DNA of 63,598 bases, filler included, from Ministeria vibrans ATCC 50519 (GCA_943704425.1; 13 parts of 13 records of this genome joined end to end with filler, not necessarily neighbours in it); one strand, 5' to 3'; counted from the whole stretch's first letter, positions 47,004 through 63,491 are shown. Translations and numbers: made by a program. Notes: a model not told the origin generated them from the letters alone.

Positions 47004-48570
47004 TGAATGTGTCCCTTTACAGAAAAAGCGTGTCCTAAACAAATTTCTTACGAGATGATCAGAGTGGCCACCCAAAAGAGAGAAATGCCATTCTTGGTGA
47101 CGGCCTTGATGACGGCCTGTAAGACCTGGTTGCGAGCGGCAACGTGCAAGAGATGAATGCAGAAGAAGTAACCGTTGAAAAGGACGCCAAGGATTGAGAG
47201 CACAAGCACAGTGGTGTAGTACAGTACATCAGTACGCATGTACCGCGTCATAGCGTTCAGTAGCATCGAACGGTGCACTTTATTGACAATGCGACGCAAA
47301 ACCCGTTTGTGCTACAAAAGAGATCCTCATTAATAATAATAAATTATTATTATTATTATTATTACAATAATAAAAATATTAGAATAATTATTATTAGTAT
47401 TATTATTATCATTATTATTATTGAAAAATCAGGATCGAAAGATCATGTACATACCAAACGCTTCTCTAAGAGAAGTTCACTGTCCATGGCATCGCGAGAA
47501 TGATGGCGCAGGGGTGGGACACTGATGAGAACTTGGAGGAGCGAAAGCAGGCAAAAGGCGACATGGCAGTAACCTAGAGCACTGACTGTTGTGGGCACCC
47601 AGTTGGCTGTAAGGGGCGCTCGTGTTGTCAGTGTGGCCCCTGCGTTGTATGTCGCCAGCATAATGACGTTGATCACAAGCTAAAAAGAAACAAAAAGAGC
47701 GCAAAGAATGAGTCACGAGACAACAAGTAAACAAGTGATTAAAAAAAGTGATCAAGTGACAAGAATGAGTGTCGTGCTATATGTGCGTACAGTCAGAAAA
47801 AGCACAAGAATCCGCCATACGTCCGCACCGCCCACAATCATCGTCATCACAATGTTCTTGTGCAGATACTTGTGATGGTGCTCCATCTCGCTGATCAACA
47901 CCTCCGCACGTCCAACAAAATCGCGCACTTTGTCCGCCTAACAGAAATCAGATATCAATTATAATTCGACACACGGTTTTGTGGGTGTCGTTGTACTGGT
48001 GAGGATCGATCGAGGTTCCACAACAAATCCTCTTTCATCGAGTCGCTGAGACTACTCTCGTTGCGCAGTGGAAAGTACACCTTTTGAAGGGATCCATTCT
48101 GCGCCAAAATCTCGATTGCTCCCACAGTGTCATTGAAATGGGAAAACTAAGATGAAAAGAAGAAAAAGAGAGAAAGAAAGAATGAGAAAGCAGCAAAGGA
48201 TACCGAAAGAGAGAAGGGAGGAAGAAAGGAACAAATGATAAAGGGGGAGAAAGGAGGGAGAAAAAACACATGAGAAGGGAGGAGAAAGAAACAAAGTAGT
48301 ACAGGAAGAAAAAAGAAATAAAGGCAGAGACAGAGACTGAGAAGAAAGTGACAGATACAAAGACAACGAAAGTGAAAGAAATGAAAACACAAAAATCGAA
48401 GATGCACACTTAAAGGCAACAATTGTGTACCTTCGACTCGGTCTGTGTCCAATCAATGATAGAGAACTCCGCCACAGCGTTCTTGTGCGACATCCAGCGC
48501 ACTCGCTCAACTTGCGCTGCGACATAGGAGAGCTTTCCTCGCAAGCGCAGGTCAAGTAAGCTCATCTACA

Positions 48571-48667
<97 letters not shown>

Positions 48668-51600
48668 AAGAAACAAAGCGATAGAGAGGAGAAAGAAACA
48701 AAGTGATAGAGAGAGAGAGGAGAAAGAAACAAAGTGATAGAGAGAAAGACAAAGACCAAAGACACACATAAGCACACACGCATACGTTGATCTGTACAAG
48801 GTCGTAATACTGTTACTGATGTGTCACGTACATAAGTGGGACTAGAAAAGTCAACAGTTTTGAGCAGATCCTGGAGACGACTGATGACCACGTAGAAAAT
48901 GAAGCTGACCTCGGAGGGCGCGACAAAAACATCGCTTGCACTCTCTGGCCCTCCAGCCTTATTGCTCACCATCGTGCTCTTCAGCGTCGCAATAAGCTGT
49001 CGACCAAGATGTCGCGTGGCGGACTTGTCGTAGCCCAAGGCATCCATGCACGACGACTCGTAGTGATAACGCGTCAGGTTCTCGTGCAGACTGCTCACGT
49101 CCAGCACAACACTCAACTCTCGCGCAATCGCCTCACTCTGAGGCGAAAACGACTCAAGCATCCCAAATATGAGAAGAGCCGTCGAGTGCTTGAGCAGCGC
49201 CAGCTGGGGAACGGAGACACCCGCAAAGGATTTGGCACGGAAAATGTGATTGGCAACGTCGACTATGCCCGAGTCAAATACCGCATCGGCGTTGTCCAGT
49301 TCGCCACTGACAAACTCGGTGAGTGTGTCCAACAGCTGCAACACCAGCGAGAAGTTGTCGTTGCTGATGTTAGAGTACATCACGTGCAAATAGGCCACCA
49401 CCTCGTGAACAATGTTGCAACGCAAAAAGTTGTCAGGCTGGTCACGCATGTAGCGCTTGATGGTTGTGTTGTGGTTCTCACAGAGCAGCTGGAGCAGACG
49501 CAGCACAAGTTCAACGTAGTCGTTGTCCTTAGCCTCAAACAATGGCTGTTGCGCCAGCAGTACCCCGTCGCTCTGTATCGCCGCCGCGCCATCCTCGTTG
49601 ATTGGGAAAGTGTCTGCGTCGTCCTTGACCTCCTGCAGCTCGACAAATTCCACGGAAACGCCACCAGATCGCTTCTTCGCCTTGCTCTTCATCGACTGTC
49701 CATCGACATCATCGCTCATGTCCAGGTGCGTCATGACCGTCTCGCGCTCCCTCGCCTCAACATTCGCCTCACTCTCTTCCTCCACCTCTTCCGTCATGTG
49801 CTCCAGTCGCAGGCGTGATTGGGAACGCAGAGCCAGCGCGTTCTTGCGCGCCATCACCCGTTGTGATTGAATCTTGCTCATGACCATCTGCAACGACTGG
49901 CGCTCCTTGATAGACACTCGTGATCGCCTGAGGCGCCCGAGAACGTCAACGAAGAACTTCTCCTCGCGCGTGTTCGTGCAATAGTTGACAAAGCTCGACT
50001 GTGCCAGCTGGTTTCCACCCTCGATCATGGTGTTGAGCAACAAGACAGCTTCTTGCACAACGCGATCCCTTGGCGACGATAGGTACTGCAACACCGTGAT
50101 AAAGGTGCCCAGCTGCACGACACGAGTCTGCGCCGTCTCGTAATTCCCATCGGTATCGTTGCGCACCTGCTCGTTCTGCAAGATCGCGCGCAACACCATC
50201 ATTGTCGTGGTTACCAGTTTCTCACGGTCGCTAAGGGAACTCTGCAGCCCCGTTACGCTCTTCAATCCGATCTCGAGAACCTTCACAAGCGACGCAATTT
50301 CTCGTCGAATCTGCTTGAGTGGACCAAACTCGCGCGCCGGATAGTGCATGGTTTCGTAGTCGCGTGTAACCGGCACGCCCCACTCGCCCCACAGCTGCGC
50401 CGTGACCGGGTCGAGCTCTTCAGAGGCACTTGATAGAATCGTAGCTGTTACCTTGGGTGTAGAAGGAGCGCTGGACGCGCGTGCACTGCTGCCACCACTG
50501 TGCAACAATCCAGTGAGGCCCTGTGTCACAATCTTGGATGGATTATGCGTCACGTCGGCGTACGTGGCAAACTCGCGCACAAGGAACGTAAACTCGTCGG
50601 TCTTGACAAGTGAGTCCGAGTCGCGGTAGAGAGAGTTGTTGGGCGGTACGTAGGAGCTCTGTAGACGCAGTGCGAAATTGTTGAGGCGATCGTTGAGCTC
50701 AACCTCATCATGGTACTCTTTGCGGTACCGCGCCACAGACGGACGCATCGATTCGGTACCAGAGTCGGCGCGGAGTGCAACGCGCGTGATGCGACCCGTC
50801 ACGTCCCCCGATAGTCCCGTCGCACGGCTTGAGACGAGTAGAAGAGTGTGCACCAAGCCAGCGAGTTGCTCGTTGTCGCGGGTGAGAAAGCGACCGCGCT
50901 CAAGAACCTGCAGGAGCTCAACAGTGAGCTCACCAAGAACGTTTCGAACAGGTTCACTGAGGTTTGGCGACAGCTTGAAGAAACGATCGAGTGATGCAAG
51001 GAAGGGCGCAATCACATCGGCTCCAAAGGTAAAAAGCGAGACAATGTGTTCGTCGTTGCCCAAGGAAACGGCGCGCAGCGAGGAGAGAATATCGACACGA
51101 GAACGTTGCTGGGGCGCACCAAACTGATGTCGCACACTCGGGGCCAGCAACGGGTTTTGCTTGGTCGCCATCGCAATGGGCTCCCATACGTCGTGGAGCG
51201 ACGACACGAGCGTGGTCAGAATGGGCACGAGCTCAGGGCTCTCCGCCAGCTCGGCAAGGCCCGATTCGGCTGGGGACGCAGCACAGTGACAGTAGACCCA
51301 CGTAAGGAAGCGCAAGTAGGGTCCCTTTTGAAGGAGCGAAACTGTCGAGTCATTCAGAATCTATCAGAAAAATTTAGTATAATTTTTACCTCTTGCGGGC
51401 TTACTTGAAATAGTTCTGGGGGTGTCATGATGGTATGACACACACTCTCAATGTAGCGGTTTTCACCTTCAGCGCAGGTGGCGAGTAAATTGATGAGTGC
51501 CATGCGATAGTGCAGCTTGACGTCAGTGTCGCTTCCGCGCAAGAGCGCCAACTGGTTGTCAAGGTTCATGTGGAGCTGTACTTGATCACGATTCTGTGAT

Positions 51601-52980
51601 AGAAACTTGACCACAGAGTTCTGATTGCGCCTGAGCGGTAGATTTAGCTCTTCAATTTTGACCGCGGCTTCGAGGAGCTTCAACAATGCGGGAGATGAGT
51701 GCTACGAAGAGAAGAGAAATCGTAAATAACAATCTTTGACGGCGAAGGTCGCACAAATACAAAAAAAAGCATGAACGGCAACAGCAATGCAACGAAAACA
51801 ACAGTAACAGCAGAAAAACAAACAAACAATACCTTGGAGAGAAGACGCACAATCTGGGCAATGTGCTCCTCGCGAATTGCCAGACACATGCGGTGGTTGG
51901 ACGTGAAGATCTCGGAGAGGCAGTCGGCCATGGCGTCAATGACACCGTCGTGCGCAAGCAACTGATCAATGTGCTCAAAGAGACGCTCCTGCACGGATGG
52001 GTTTTTGCGAGCAATCTTGCGCAGGAGTCGAAAGGCAGCAGCCACCGTCTGCGCCATGTTGGCGTACTCGGGCAGGGTGAGGTCGATGTCGAGTGCAATG
52101 AGGTTGAGCATATCACTGACAACGCCACTGTTGACAAGGATCTTCTGGTTGATCGGGTGTGGTTCCTCCTGGTCGTCGGGTAGCTCGCAGCTTGCCGCCA
52201 ACTCATTCATCATCTTCTTGGCTTCATTTTCTTCGACAAAGGACAGCTTGCGACCAAGGTAGCGACGCAAAATAGACACGTACTTCTTCACTTTGCGATA
52301 TAGCTGAACCGATGTGTCCTTGATGAGCACCTGAGCCTCGACAGCCTGCTTGAAAAGCTCGTCGTGTTGTGAGAAGACGCGCGTCAGCAGAGCCATGCTC
52401 TTGGTGACCATGTCGTCAAACTCGTAGCGTGCCAGGTCATGCAGAAGCGTGGCAATGTGGGTACCATCAACCGTCGAGTGGTCGAGATAGTGGGTGCGCG
52501 ACAGGAGCCCTTGCAGATACTTGACAGCCTTGGCCTTGTCGGTAGTGTTGCCTTGTGACTCAAAGAGTCGTCGGAGGAAGCGCTGGTCGATGCCCGCAAG
52601 CGACTCACAGTTGATCATCAGTCGAAAGTCCGAAATGAACTGTTCAACACGCACGTTGACGCGGAAGTTGACAAGCAGATTGTAAATGTCCATGGCAAAG
52701 AGTTTTACCTGCGAGACAACCAGATTTTCTACGAACAAAGCAGTAGGTTGTAAAAAAGAAGAAAAAAAAGAAGAAGAAAACTGAAAATAGGGATATGGCA
52801 CGAGGCTAGAAGACGAAACGGACCTTGATTGACGGAGAAACGCTCTTGGCGGCGCCATTCTTGCACCAGCACATCGTTCTTGCGACTCAATTGCGTCTCG
52901 TCTTGCACGTCGTTGCGACCGTCTAGCAGCGAGAACATGGGGCCCAGCAGTTCCGTGATATCCGTTTTGCAAGCATAGTA
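45427..52980 (-). CDS. ITPR: Inositol 1,4,5-trisphosphate receptor, 5'-partial, multi-exon, spanning gap 46246-46932
   Basis: HPINQKILVNSG (RIH), LINLLATCAEGENRYIES, IEGGNQLAQ, LRLLQLLCENHN..YMRDQ (RIH-associated), ADKVRDFV, TM helices, LNIVFGIIVDSF, CTVC..FHYHIKKEHNLWYY. Confidence 0.94.
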
Positions 52981-53092
52981 ACCTGGTGAGTTACATAAAA
53001 AGAATAGTAATAATAATTATTAGAAATAGAAGAAGAATGCAGCCCAATAATTATAATAATAATAATCATAATAATAATAAATTTATTGCTGC

Positions 53093-53200
<108 letters not shown>

Positions 53201-54553
53201 NNNNNNNNNNNNNNNNNNNNNNNNNNNNNNNNNNNNNNNNNNNNTTAATTAATTAANNNNNNNNNNNNNNNNNNNNNNNNNNNNNNNNNNNNNNNNNNNN
53301 TAGGGCAAAAAAAAAAAAAAAACAATGAAGCTTTTGCCCTAGGACTTCCAAACAAAAAAAAAAGGTTCTAGTACCACTCTTGAGCGTCCTTTACCGCCTC
53401 CCTCGCCGTTTTCTTCAACCTATTTCGCAGACCCCTCCCTCGGGCACAGCGTTTTGACTCCCAGCGGTGGTCGGTCAGTCTCACTGCCGATTGAGCACTG
53501 ATTGCCATCACCAGTTCGTCTCTGTCCATCTCGTCCACATTTTATTCTCTCTAATTGTCTTTCTCTACTGTCTTCTCTCACTCGTTGGACACATTCCAAA
53601 AAAGGGCAGTCCGCCATTCCCAAGAAAAAAAAATACAGTCAAGCTGTTCACGGTACATCAAAATTTGTCCGTTTTCGCGCTACATTGATGTAAATTAAAA
53701 AAATAATTGTGTTATTTCGCCTGATGTTGTGTACTGTGTACAAACAATCCTTGTAATTGTACATACCGCGAAATCAATTACACAGAATAAGCGTGACGTA
53801 TAATTAAGCTGTGTTTAGTTATCGACATGATGTCGACAGATTCAGCCCCCTTCCCCGGCCTCACTGTGACCCGACCCCACATTTTTCTGTTGCATCGGCA
53901 TACTTTAGAAAACGTCCGGTTTTTAATAAAAATATTTAAAAATATTGTTGGCTTGTGTCACCTTGTTACAAAAGCCGTCTCAAAAACTTAATCGTCCCGC
54001 TTTTGATTCCTGATTTTTATTTTTATTTCGACTTATTTTTGGGGACTCAGAAAGCTCCCACGCTTCCCCCCGATCGCTGACGCGCAAAATATTGCAAGGT
54101 ATGCGTTTGCAAGACGTGCGCTCTCCTTTTTCCCGTGCGGCGATGCATGAGTATGCTCCTACTTCCAGTTAGCGCTACTCCATCGATTTTACTTTTTTTT
54201 AATTAAACTTTCAGGTGACTTTCATAGGTACAAGCCAACATAAGACTCTCAGTCTTGATCACAACACTGTCTATCACTAGCAGCATTGCTGACTGAGAAG
54301 ACCCAAGGCACCCATCTCTCTCACTTCACAATCCGCACTCGGGTTGTTCAGCAAGAGTTCTACAAGTTATTTCCCTCTCTCGATTCCCATCGATTCTACT
54401 GGTCCTGGGCTATTTATTCCCTTTGTGATAGTAAAAATTACTTGAAAAAAGGATAGAACTTTTTCATGTTTGTCACAACACATAAAAAAAACCTGTCACA
54501 CACTCTCTGAAAGGAAACGCACACTGAACCATTGGGAGGAGAAAAGGGGGGGA

Positions 54554-56880
<2,327 letters not shown>

Positions 56881-57130
56881 AACAGCGTGCGCAAGTCAAT
56901 GACGACGTTACCTCCACTTTTTTGCTCCTTTTTTTTTTTTTTTTGAAACANNNNNNNNNNNNNNNNNNNNNNNNNNNNNNNNNNNNNNNNNNNNTTAATT
57001 AATTAANNNNNNNNNNNNNNNNNNNNNNNNNNNNNNNNNNNNNNNNNNNNCCCCTCCCCTCACTCACTCTCTCTCTCTCTCTCACGCTTTGTTTCTTTCT
57101 CCCTTCTTTCTCTCACTCTCTCTGTACTTA

Positions 57131-57743
57131 CAGCGATACCGTCAGTCTTGAGGGTCTTGCGGTAGACATCGACGAGGCCGTTGAACTGGCGCTCACCACC
57201 GCCCTTGCCGGCCGACTTGGCGTCGTTGGCGAGACGGGTACGGGCAAAATCGAGCGAGTAGACAAAGAGGAGCGAAGTGGCACCAGCCGCGCCACCGCTG
57301 GCGAGGTTACCGCCGAACCACCACCAGTAGCCGTCCTTCTTCTTGTCCATGGCGAACATGCGCTTGTACTGGTCCTTGAAGGCGAAGTTGAGCGCCTGCG
57401 TCGGGAAGTACCTGATGACGTTGGCGACGTTACCACGCCAGAGCGAGGTGACACCCTCGGACTTGATGACGCGCGAGAAGCAGTCGCCGATGCCCGAGTA
57501 CTTCTTGTCGAGACGGCCCGACTTGAGCATCTCGTCCTGGTTCTGGATGAGCAGCTTGATGCGCTCAATGGGGGCAGCAGCCGTCTTGGACACAGCAGCG
57601 GAGACACCTCCCATGAGGAAGTCGGTGACAAAGCTCTTGTCGACCTTGTTATCGGAGGCGGCAACCACGATGGGGTTAGCCTTGGAGACGGACTTGCCGG
57701 CGAGCACGCGGCGGCGCATATCCTCAAAGACGGGGTTCTGCAT
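57131..57743 (-). CDS. AAC: Mitochondrial ADP/ATP carrier, 3'-partial
   Basis: [70 protein letters not shown]. Confidence 0.96.
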
Positions 57744-58769
57744 CGTTCTGCCAAAGCGAAGGAAAAGTGTTCGTGAAAAATGAGTAAGACACGTCGCGAG
57801 ACGAATGCATGCGCCGCGGTTCAACGCAGCTCGACACAAAGGAGAGGCGCACACGCCCCAAACGCGACAGGTAACAAAACCACCCACACGAGTCGAGAAA
57901 GGAGATTTTTTTTCTTTTCGAGTCACCAACGAAACACACAAAGCAATCGAGAGGCGCGTGCAGGCTAGAAGGCGGAACCAACGTAGCAAGCAAAAGAGAG
58001 AGAATGCGCTTGGAGAACGGCAGGCGCGTGGGCTGACGGGGAAAATGTGGGTGAGGAACGCGAGAAATGGAAAAAAAAAAAAGTACACGTGCAATGGCAA
58101 AGAGCACACGGTCGAGAGGGGGGCGGGAGCATGCGGAGAGGTGTGGAGAGCGCATGGTGAAGACACACAGGCGGAGCACGGCGCGCCGGACGGTGTGCGT
58201 GGCGCAGGATGGGCGTCAGGGAATGACGGATGGCTTTTTTTTTTTGCCTCAATGGTGGTGTGTGCACCGATGCCCTTGCGGGCTTCCTCTGCGACTGCGC
58301 TTCCACCGGATTCTCGGGTCCCGTTTGTGGTCACNNNNNNNNNNNNNNNNNNNNNNNNNNNNNNNNNNNNNNNNNNNNTTAATTAATTAANNNNNNNNNN
58401 NNNNNNNNNNNNNNNNNNNNNNNNNNNNNNNNNNTAATACTTTTTGTTTTCTATTTGTAGCCCGAGTACCTTCCAGTGGGCATGCCTGTTGTGTTTCGCG
58501 ACACTCGGACGCGTGGCATTGGGACCATCATCCGATCGATTGACATGACTCCAGTGGTTGAGCACGTTGTATTATAAACATTTTTTATATCTCTTTCACT
58601 CTTTTTTTTTTATTCTGATCTTTCATAAATCATAATAATAATTAAAGTTATAATATAGTATTGTGCTGCTCTTTGTTTTGTATGCAGTTTTGTTTTGACC
58701 TCTCGATTCTCAATTCTTATTTGCTTTTATTACACACAATTTTTACTTGGTTTCTTTTATATAATTGCT

Positions 58770-59844
58770 ATGATCTGCATTAGCTTAGCACTCCCCTTCG
58801 TCTCATACCGCTCGTTACTCCTCTGCTTTTTCGTCTTCCTCGCTTTGTGTACTTCTCCGTCCGATTCCGACTTGACGGCAAATTCTTTGCTTCCTGTCGC
58901 CGACTTGACGACATATAGACCCCCGGCGCGGTTTGGACATTCTACTATTGGTGCCGACACGGAGCACATACTTTTATGGGGTACGGCTGGGGCGCCGTCG
59001 AGAGGAGTTGTATTTTAAGCGCTGTTTGTTGTTTGTGATCTTCTTCGTTTGTTTGTGTTCCCATCAGGTGGATTCAGCAACCTCGCCGGCACTGTCGCCT
59101 TCAATGACCTGTGGAAGCATAGCGCAAAATCCTCCAAGTGGACTGAGATTGATCCGCTCGGAGATATTCCGGCGGAAAGGGGCTTCGCGTCGTTGACGAG
59201 GCTCGAGTCGAGCGCCGTCTTGTTTGGCGGCCTCTACACCCTGCCCAGCGGCCACTTTGCGACCTTTGACGACACCTACGTGCTCTCGTTGGATACATTC
59301 CATTGGCATGACGCTGCTGCGGTCTCCGCGGGCCAGAGACCGCCGGCACGCTTCGGCCATTCTGCGGCCACTCTGGGAGACGACTCAGTCGTGATTTTCG
59401 GCGGTTGTCGCCCTTCGTCTGAGCAAAGCAGTGGCTCAGTAACCAACCTAGGCGATCCATCTACACTAGCAGCTACCCTGTGTCTTGCTGGAAGTCAGGG
59501 GTTACTCTTCGACGATCTGTGGGTGTTCAACTTGACAGCACACCAGTGGCAACTCATCAACGCCAGTACGTGTCTGACATTAATTATTTTCAAACGATTT
59601 TTTAACCTTTTTCTTTTCTTTGCAGCACGCTCTCCGTCACCACGAATGTTCCACGTGGGGTTTATTTTGTATGAATCATGGTTTTTTGTCGTGGGCGGCC
59701 TCAGCAACGGTTGTCGGACAACAGCTCCCTCATCGAACCGCACCGACTACACCTACGGTAGTACGATGGCCATGACCAGCACCAACGACGATCGAGACAG
59801 CGTTTGCTTTGACACGTTTCAAGTGAACCTCGCCACCACGAACC

Positions 59845-59907
<63 letters not shown>

Positions 59908-60360
59908 TCGTCTGGTCCTTGACCACTACAAACCCCTCGGCCGTGCCCTTTCCTGCCGTTGCCATGGGACTCGTCACCATTCCTGACAATAGAGTCGTCG
60001 CCATGGGCTACACCAGCTTTTCCATCATCAACATCGCCTGGCGCTTCTCTTACGACCCTGACTCCAACACTGCCTCCTTCTACATCATCTCTCACTTTCT
60101 CTCTCCCAATCGTGTTCTCTCGCGACTCAACGCTCTTGCTCGCACTGACCCACTGTAAGAAATCACTTTGAAAATACTCCTTCCTCAACACCAAGCTTAC
60201 ACCAAGGACGTTACCTTCCTTCTCTCTTCCACACATACAGTGCAGACGATCCTCTCAATTTTGACGTGATCAGCACTGGCGGGGTTCCAGTTAGCGGTAC
60301 AGACCGCAATCCTCTCAACTCAACCTGGCTTATGATTGTCACCGAGAATTCGATTTCTTG
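58770..60360 (+). CDS. Secreted or membrane Kelch-repeat protein, multi-exon, 3'-partial, with polyN tract
   Basis: Hydrophobic N-terminus, PPARFGHS twice, LFGG, FNDLW, FDDLWVFN, PSPRMFH. Confidence 0.82.
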
Positions 60361-60504
60361 GTAAGTTCTCTATGATCCACACTACATCCACCCACCCACC
60401 CACCNNNNNNNNNNNNNNNNNNNNNNNNNNNNNNNNNNNNNNNNNNNNTTAATTAATTAANNNNNNNNNNNNNNNNNNNNNNNNNNNNNNNNNNNNNNNN
60501 NNNN

Positions 60505-60596
<92 letters not shown>

Positions 60597-61872
60597 GTTA
60601 TTATTCATTAATAAATGGGTTGTATTCTGCTTCTTCTTATTATTAATAAATGGGTTGTATTCTTCTTCTTCTTATTATTATTATAGTGGAGGAAGAAAGC
60701 GCAGCGACCCCAGCTCAACTTCAACAGACGGCAGCCAGTTCTACAAACGCCGCCAACCCATTAGCCCAGACACGGACGACCCTGCAACAACGTCGTCCGA
60801 ACTACAGCCACAACAACGAGCGCACCAGCCGCTATCGCTCCCCACCGACTGATCGTTCTATAACCGCGTCTCCTCATCGATTCGCCCCGAGTTTACTCGT
60901 TAGACAGCTGTTACAGCTTGTCAGAGCCCTAAGCCCCCACTGGGGGTATGGCGTACCGTTGCGATTACCTCACTGGATAGCGATTGCACTTGTGCTTTTG
61001 TTGTAGATCTGGTGACTGTATCATGAATAATTAATGGGTTGTATTCTTCTTCTTATTATTATTATTATACTCGTCTCTAGTCTCTACTCCTCGTAATTAC
61101 TAACTACTAAGTTTTCATCTTTTTGGTGCTCAGTTGTCTATCATATAAGTCATCAAGCGACAAGCAGACACCAGGTGTCTAGGTACAGTTTTCACAAGCT
61201 TTAAACAACTTAAAGTCGAATATACACGAATAGTCCACCTCGTCTTCGCGGCTGTGCGGCGGTAGGTGGGCTAGATGTGGCCATCTTGTCTCTGAGGAAC
61301 CATCAGACCCTCAGGGCCTAAACTCCAGACTCAATCTAGTAGGCCCTCCTCTGACTGGGGGGTCTCGATAGTCTCAATCGCGATTTACTCGATATTCGAT
61401 CGTTATCGCTTTCGTTCGCCTGCAAATCCTGCATGGTTCGTGTGTCTTGCGTCTGGACCAGTGGCGTTGTGTGCGGTGTGTTTGTGTTCGATGTGCTGTT
61501 GTGTGCTGTTACCTGCGTGGCGCAAACGACAGCATATGGGGACAGCCAATAAAAATTTCATATGGTTTTTTCTTGTGTCTCGCCTGACAACGCTACACGA
61601 CTTCCGTCACTCACGTTTATGAAATACGGTAGAGGTGTAGTGCAAAGTGGACATGGTTGGTTTCTGCGTCGTCGGCGAAGTGCCGAGTGGCCTCAATTGT
61701 CCCGTCACAACTCAGTCTGTTTTGTGTGTCACCCAAAGTTCAGCACGACATCACAACTTCACTTTCATCGCTTTTAATTAGTTCGTGCTCGTGGGTTTGT
61801 GGGATTTTATGACTGCTGACGGGAATCTGCGGACCCCAAATTTCGTACTTGACCAACTCTGTTACGTTTTAG

Positions 61873-63463
61873 ATGTATTTCCTTGTGCTTTGCTTCACTC
61901 TTTGTCTCAGCGCCACCACCCTGGCGAATGAAGTCGGCGTTGAGAACGATGACGGCCATCTTGTTCTCAGGCCCGCTGAGGGTCGATATGTGTTACTCAA
62001 CGGTGAGCTCTATGTGAATGGGCTTGAAGTTGCCACTCAGGCGGACATGTCTCGTTTCGAGGCTCTCGCTGCAAGACTCGCCGTGCTTGAGAGTATTGTG
62101 GCGTCGTGCTCTTGCCCCACCATCGACACAATTATGGGATCCAAGACTTTTACCACCACGTGGGACACAACCAAAACGTCGAGTGGCTCTAGTGGCAGCT
62201 CTCAGATTCGACTGCCGCTTGAGTCGACTGGCACTTACAACTTCACCGTCTCGTGGGACGACGGAACGCAGGATCGCATCACTGCTTACGATGATGCAGC
62301 GGTGACACACACCTATGCTCAGGTGGGCATATACACTATTCGTATCGAAGGCACGATTGAAGGGTTCCGCTTCAACAACGGCGGTGACAGACTAAAGTTG
62401 TTTGCTGTACTCCGGTGGGCAACTCTCCGTCTTGGCAACGGTGGCTCGTATTTTTGGGGCGCAGAGAATATGGAGATACTGGCGACAGACTCTCCCGATT
62501 TGACGGGTACAACGAACATGTACCGGGCTTTTTCAAAGTCGGGAGTCGGTGTCACGGGCAATTTCAATGCTTGGGACACAAGTTCGGTGAGAATGCAAGA
62601 GTGTAAAGATGCCATTAGTGGCTGTCGTCCGTCGTCGTGGTTTTGACCCCCGTTTGTTTTTTCTTTCAGGTCACGAACATGGAGTTCATGTTCCAGTTTG
62701 CCACCGCTTTCAATCAAGATCTCTCTTCGTGGTGTGTCAACAATATTCCGACAAAGCCAACCGACTTCGACTCTAGTGCTTCCCAATGGTCACTGCCACG
62801 CCCCGTGTGGGGCACATGCCAATCTCCCGAGACAACCACGGCTGCACCATCGTGGGCAATGACATTCAACACCACGTGGGACACAACGAAAACCTCAGCT
62901 GGTTCCAGCAACAGCACTCAGATTCGACTGCCACTCGAAGAAACAGGGGTTTACGACTTCCATGTGTCGTGGGGCGACGGGACACAGGACCATATTACTA
63001 CTTTTAATGACACAGCAGTGACACACACATACGGTCAAGGAGGAATCTACACTGTGGTGATTGCGGGTACGATCGCAGGATGGCGCTTCGCCAACGGTGG
63101 TGACAAAAATAAATTGCTGACGGTGCTGCAGTGGGGATCTTTCCGTGTGGGCAGTGGTGGCGCACTCTTTGACGGTGCATCTAACATGGAGCTACTCGCC
63201 ACCGACTTTCCCGACTTAACGAACACGACGACTCTACGCCGGGCGTTTTTCAACACGAAAATTGGAGTGTCGGGCAATCTCAATGCTTGGGATGTGAGCA
63301 AAGTATGTGTTTGTCAACGTCGTTGAGGATCTATACTCAGGTGTTTCTCGTTGTTGTTCGGGGTATTTTTTTTTGTGGTTTCATGCAGATCACCGACATG
63401 ACGAGTATGTTTGGAAGCGCTTCGTTGTTCAATCAACCTCTCATCAGTTGGAACACCTCTTTG
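61873..63463 (+). CDS. Secreted protein: cubilin-like N-terminus + two PKD-like/BspA-DUF285 modules; exons 61873-62586, 62670-63302, 63389-63463; 3'-partial
   Basis: Signal peptide, DDGHLVL, LAARLAVLE, two copies of FxTTWDTTKTS..QIRLPLE..YxFxVSWxDG..THTY..FxNGGD..W, then WDTSS|VTNMEFMFQFATAFNQDLSSWCV. Confidence 0.9.
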
Positions 63464-63491
63464 GTATGCAAGTTAGAGAGAGAGAGACTGA

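Noticed and set aside
57744-58334. Long N-terminal extension of the ADP/ATP carrier in the 424-aa ORF
   Set aside because: An acceptor (TTGGCAG) just precedes the ATG at 57743; the upstream sequence looks like 5' UTR intron
61873-63463. Bacterial contamination as the source of the BspA/DUF285 and GGT sequences
   Set aside because: GT-AG introns, host-type microsatellites and fusion to EGF repeats show they are in the eukaryotic genome
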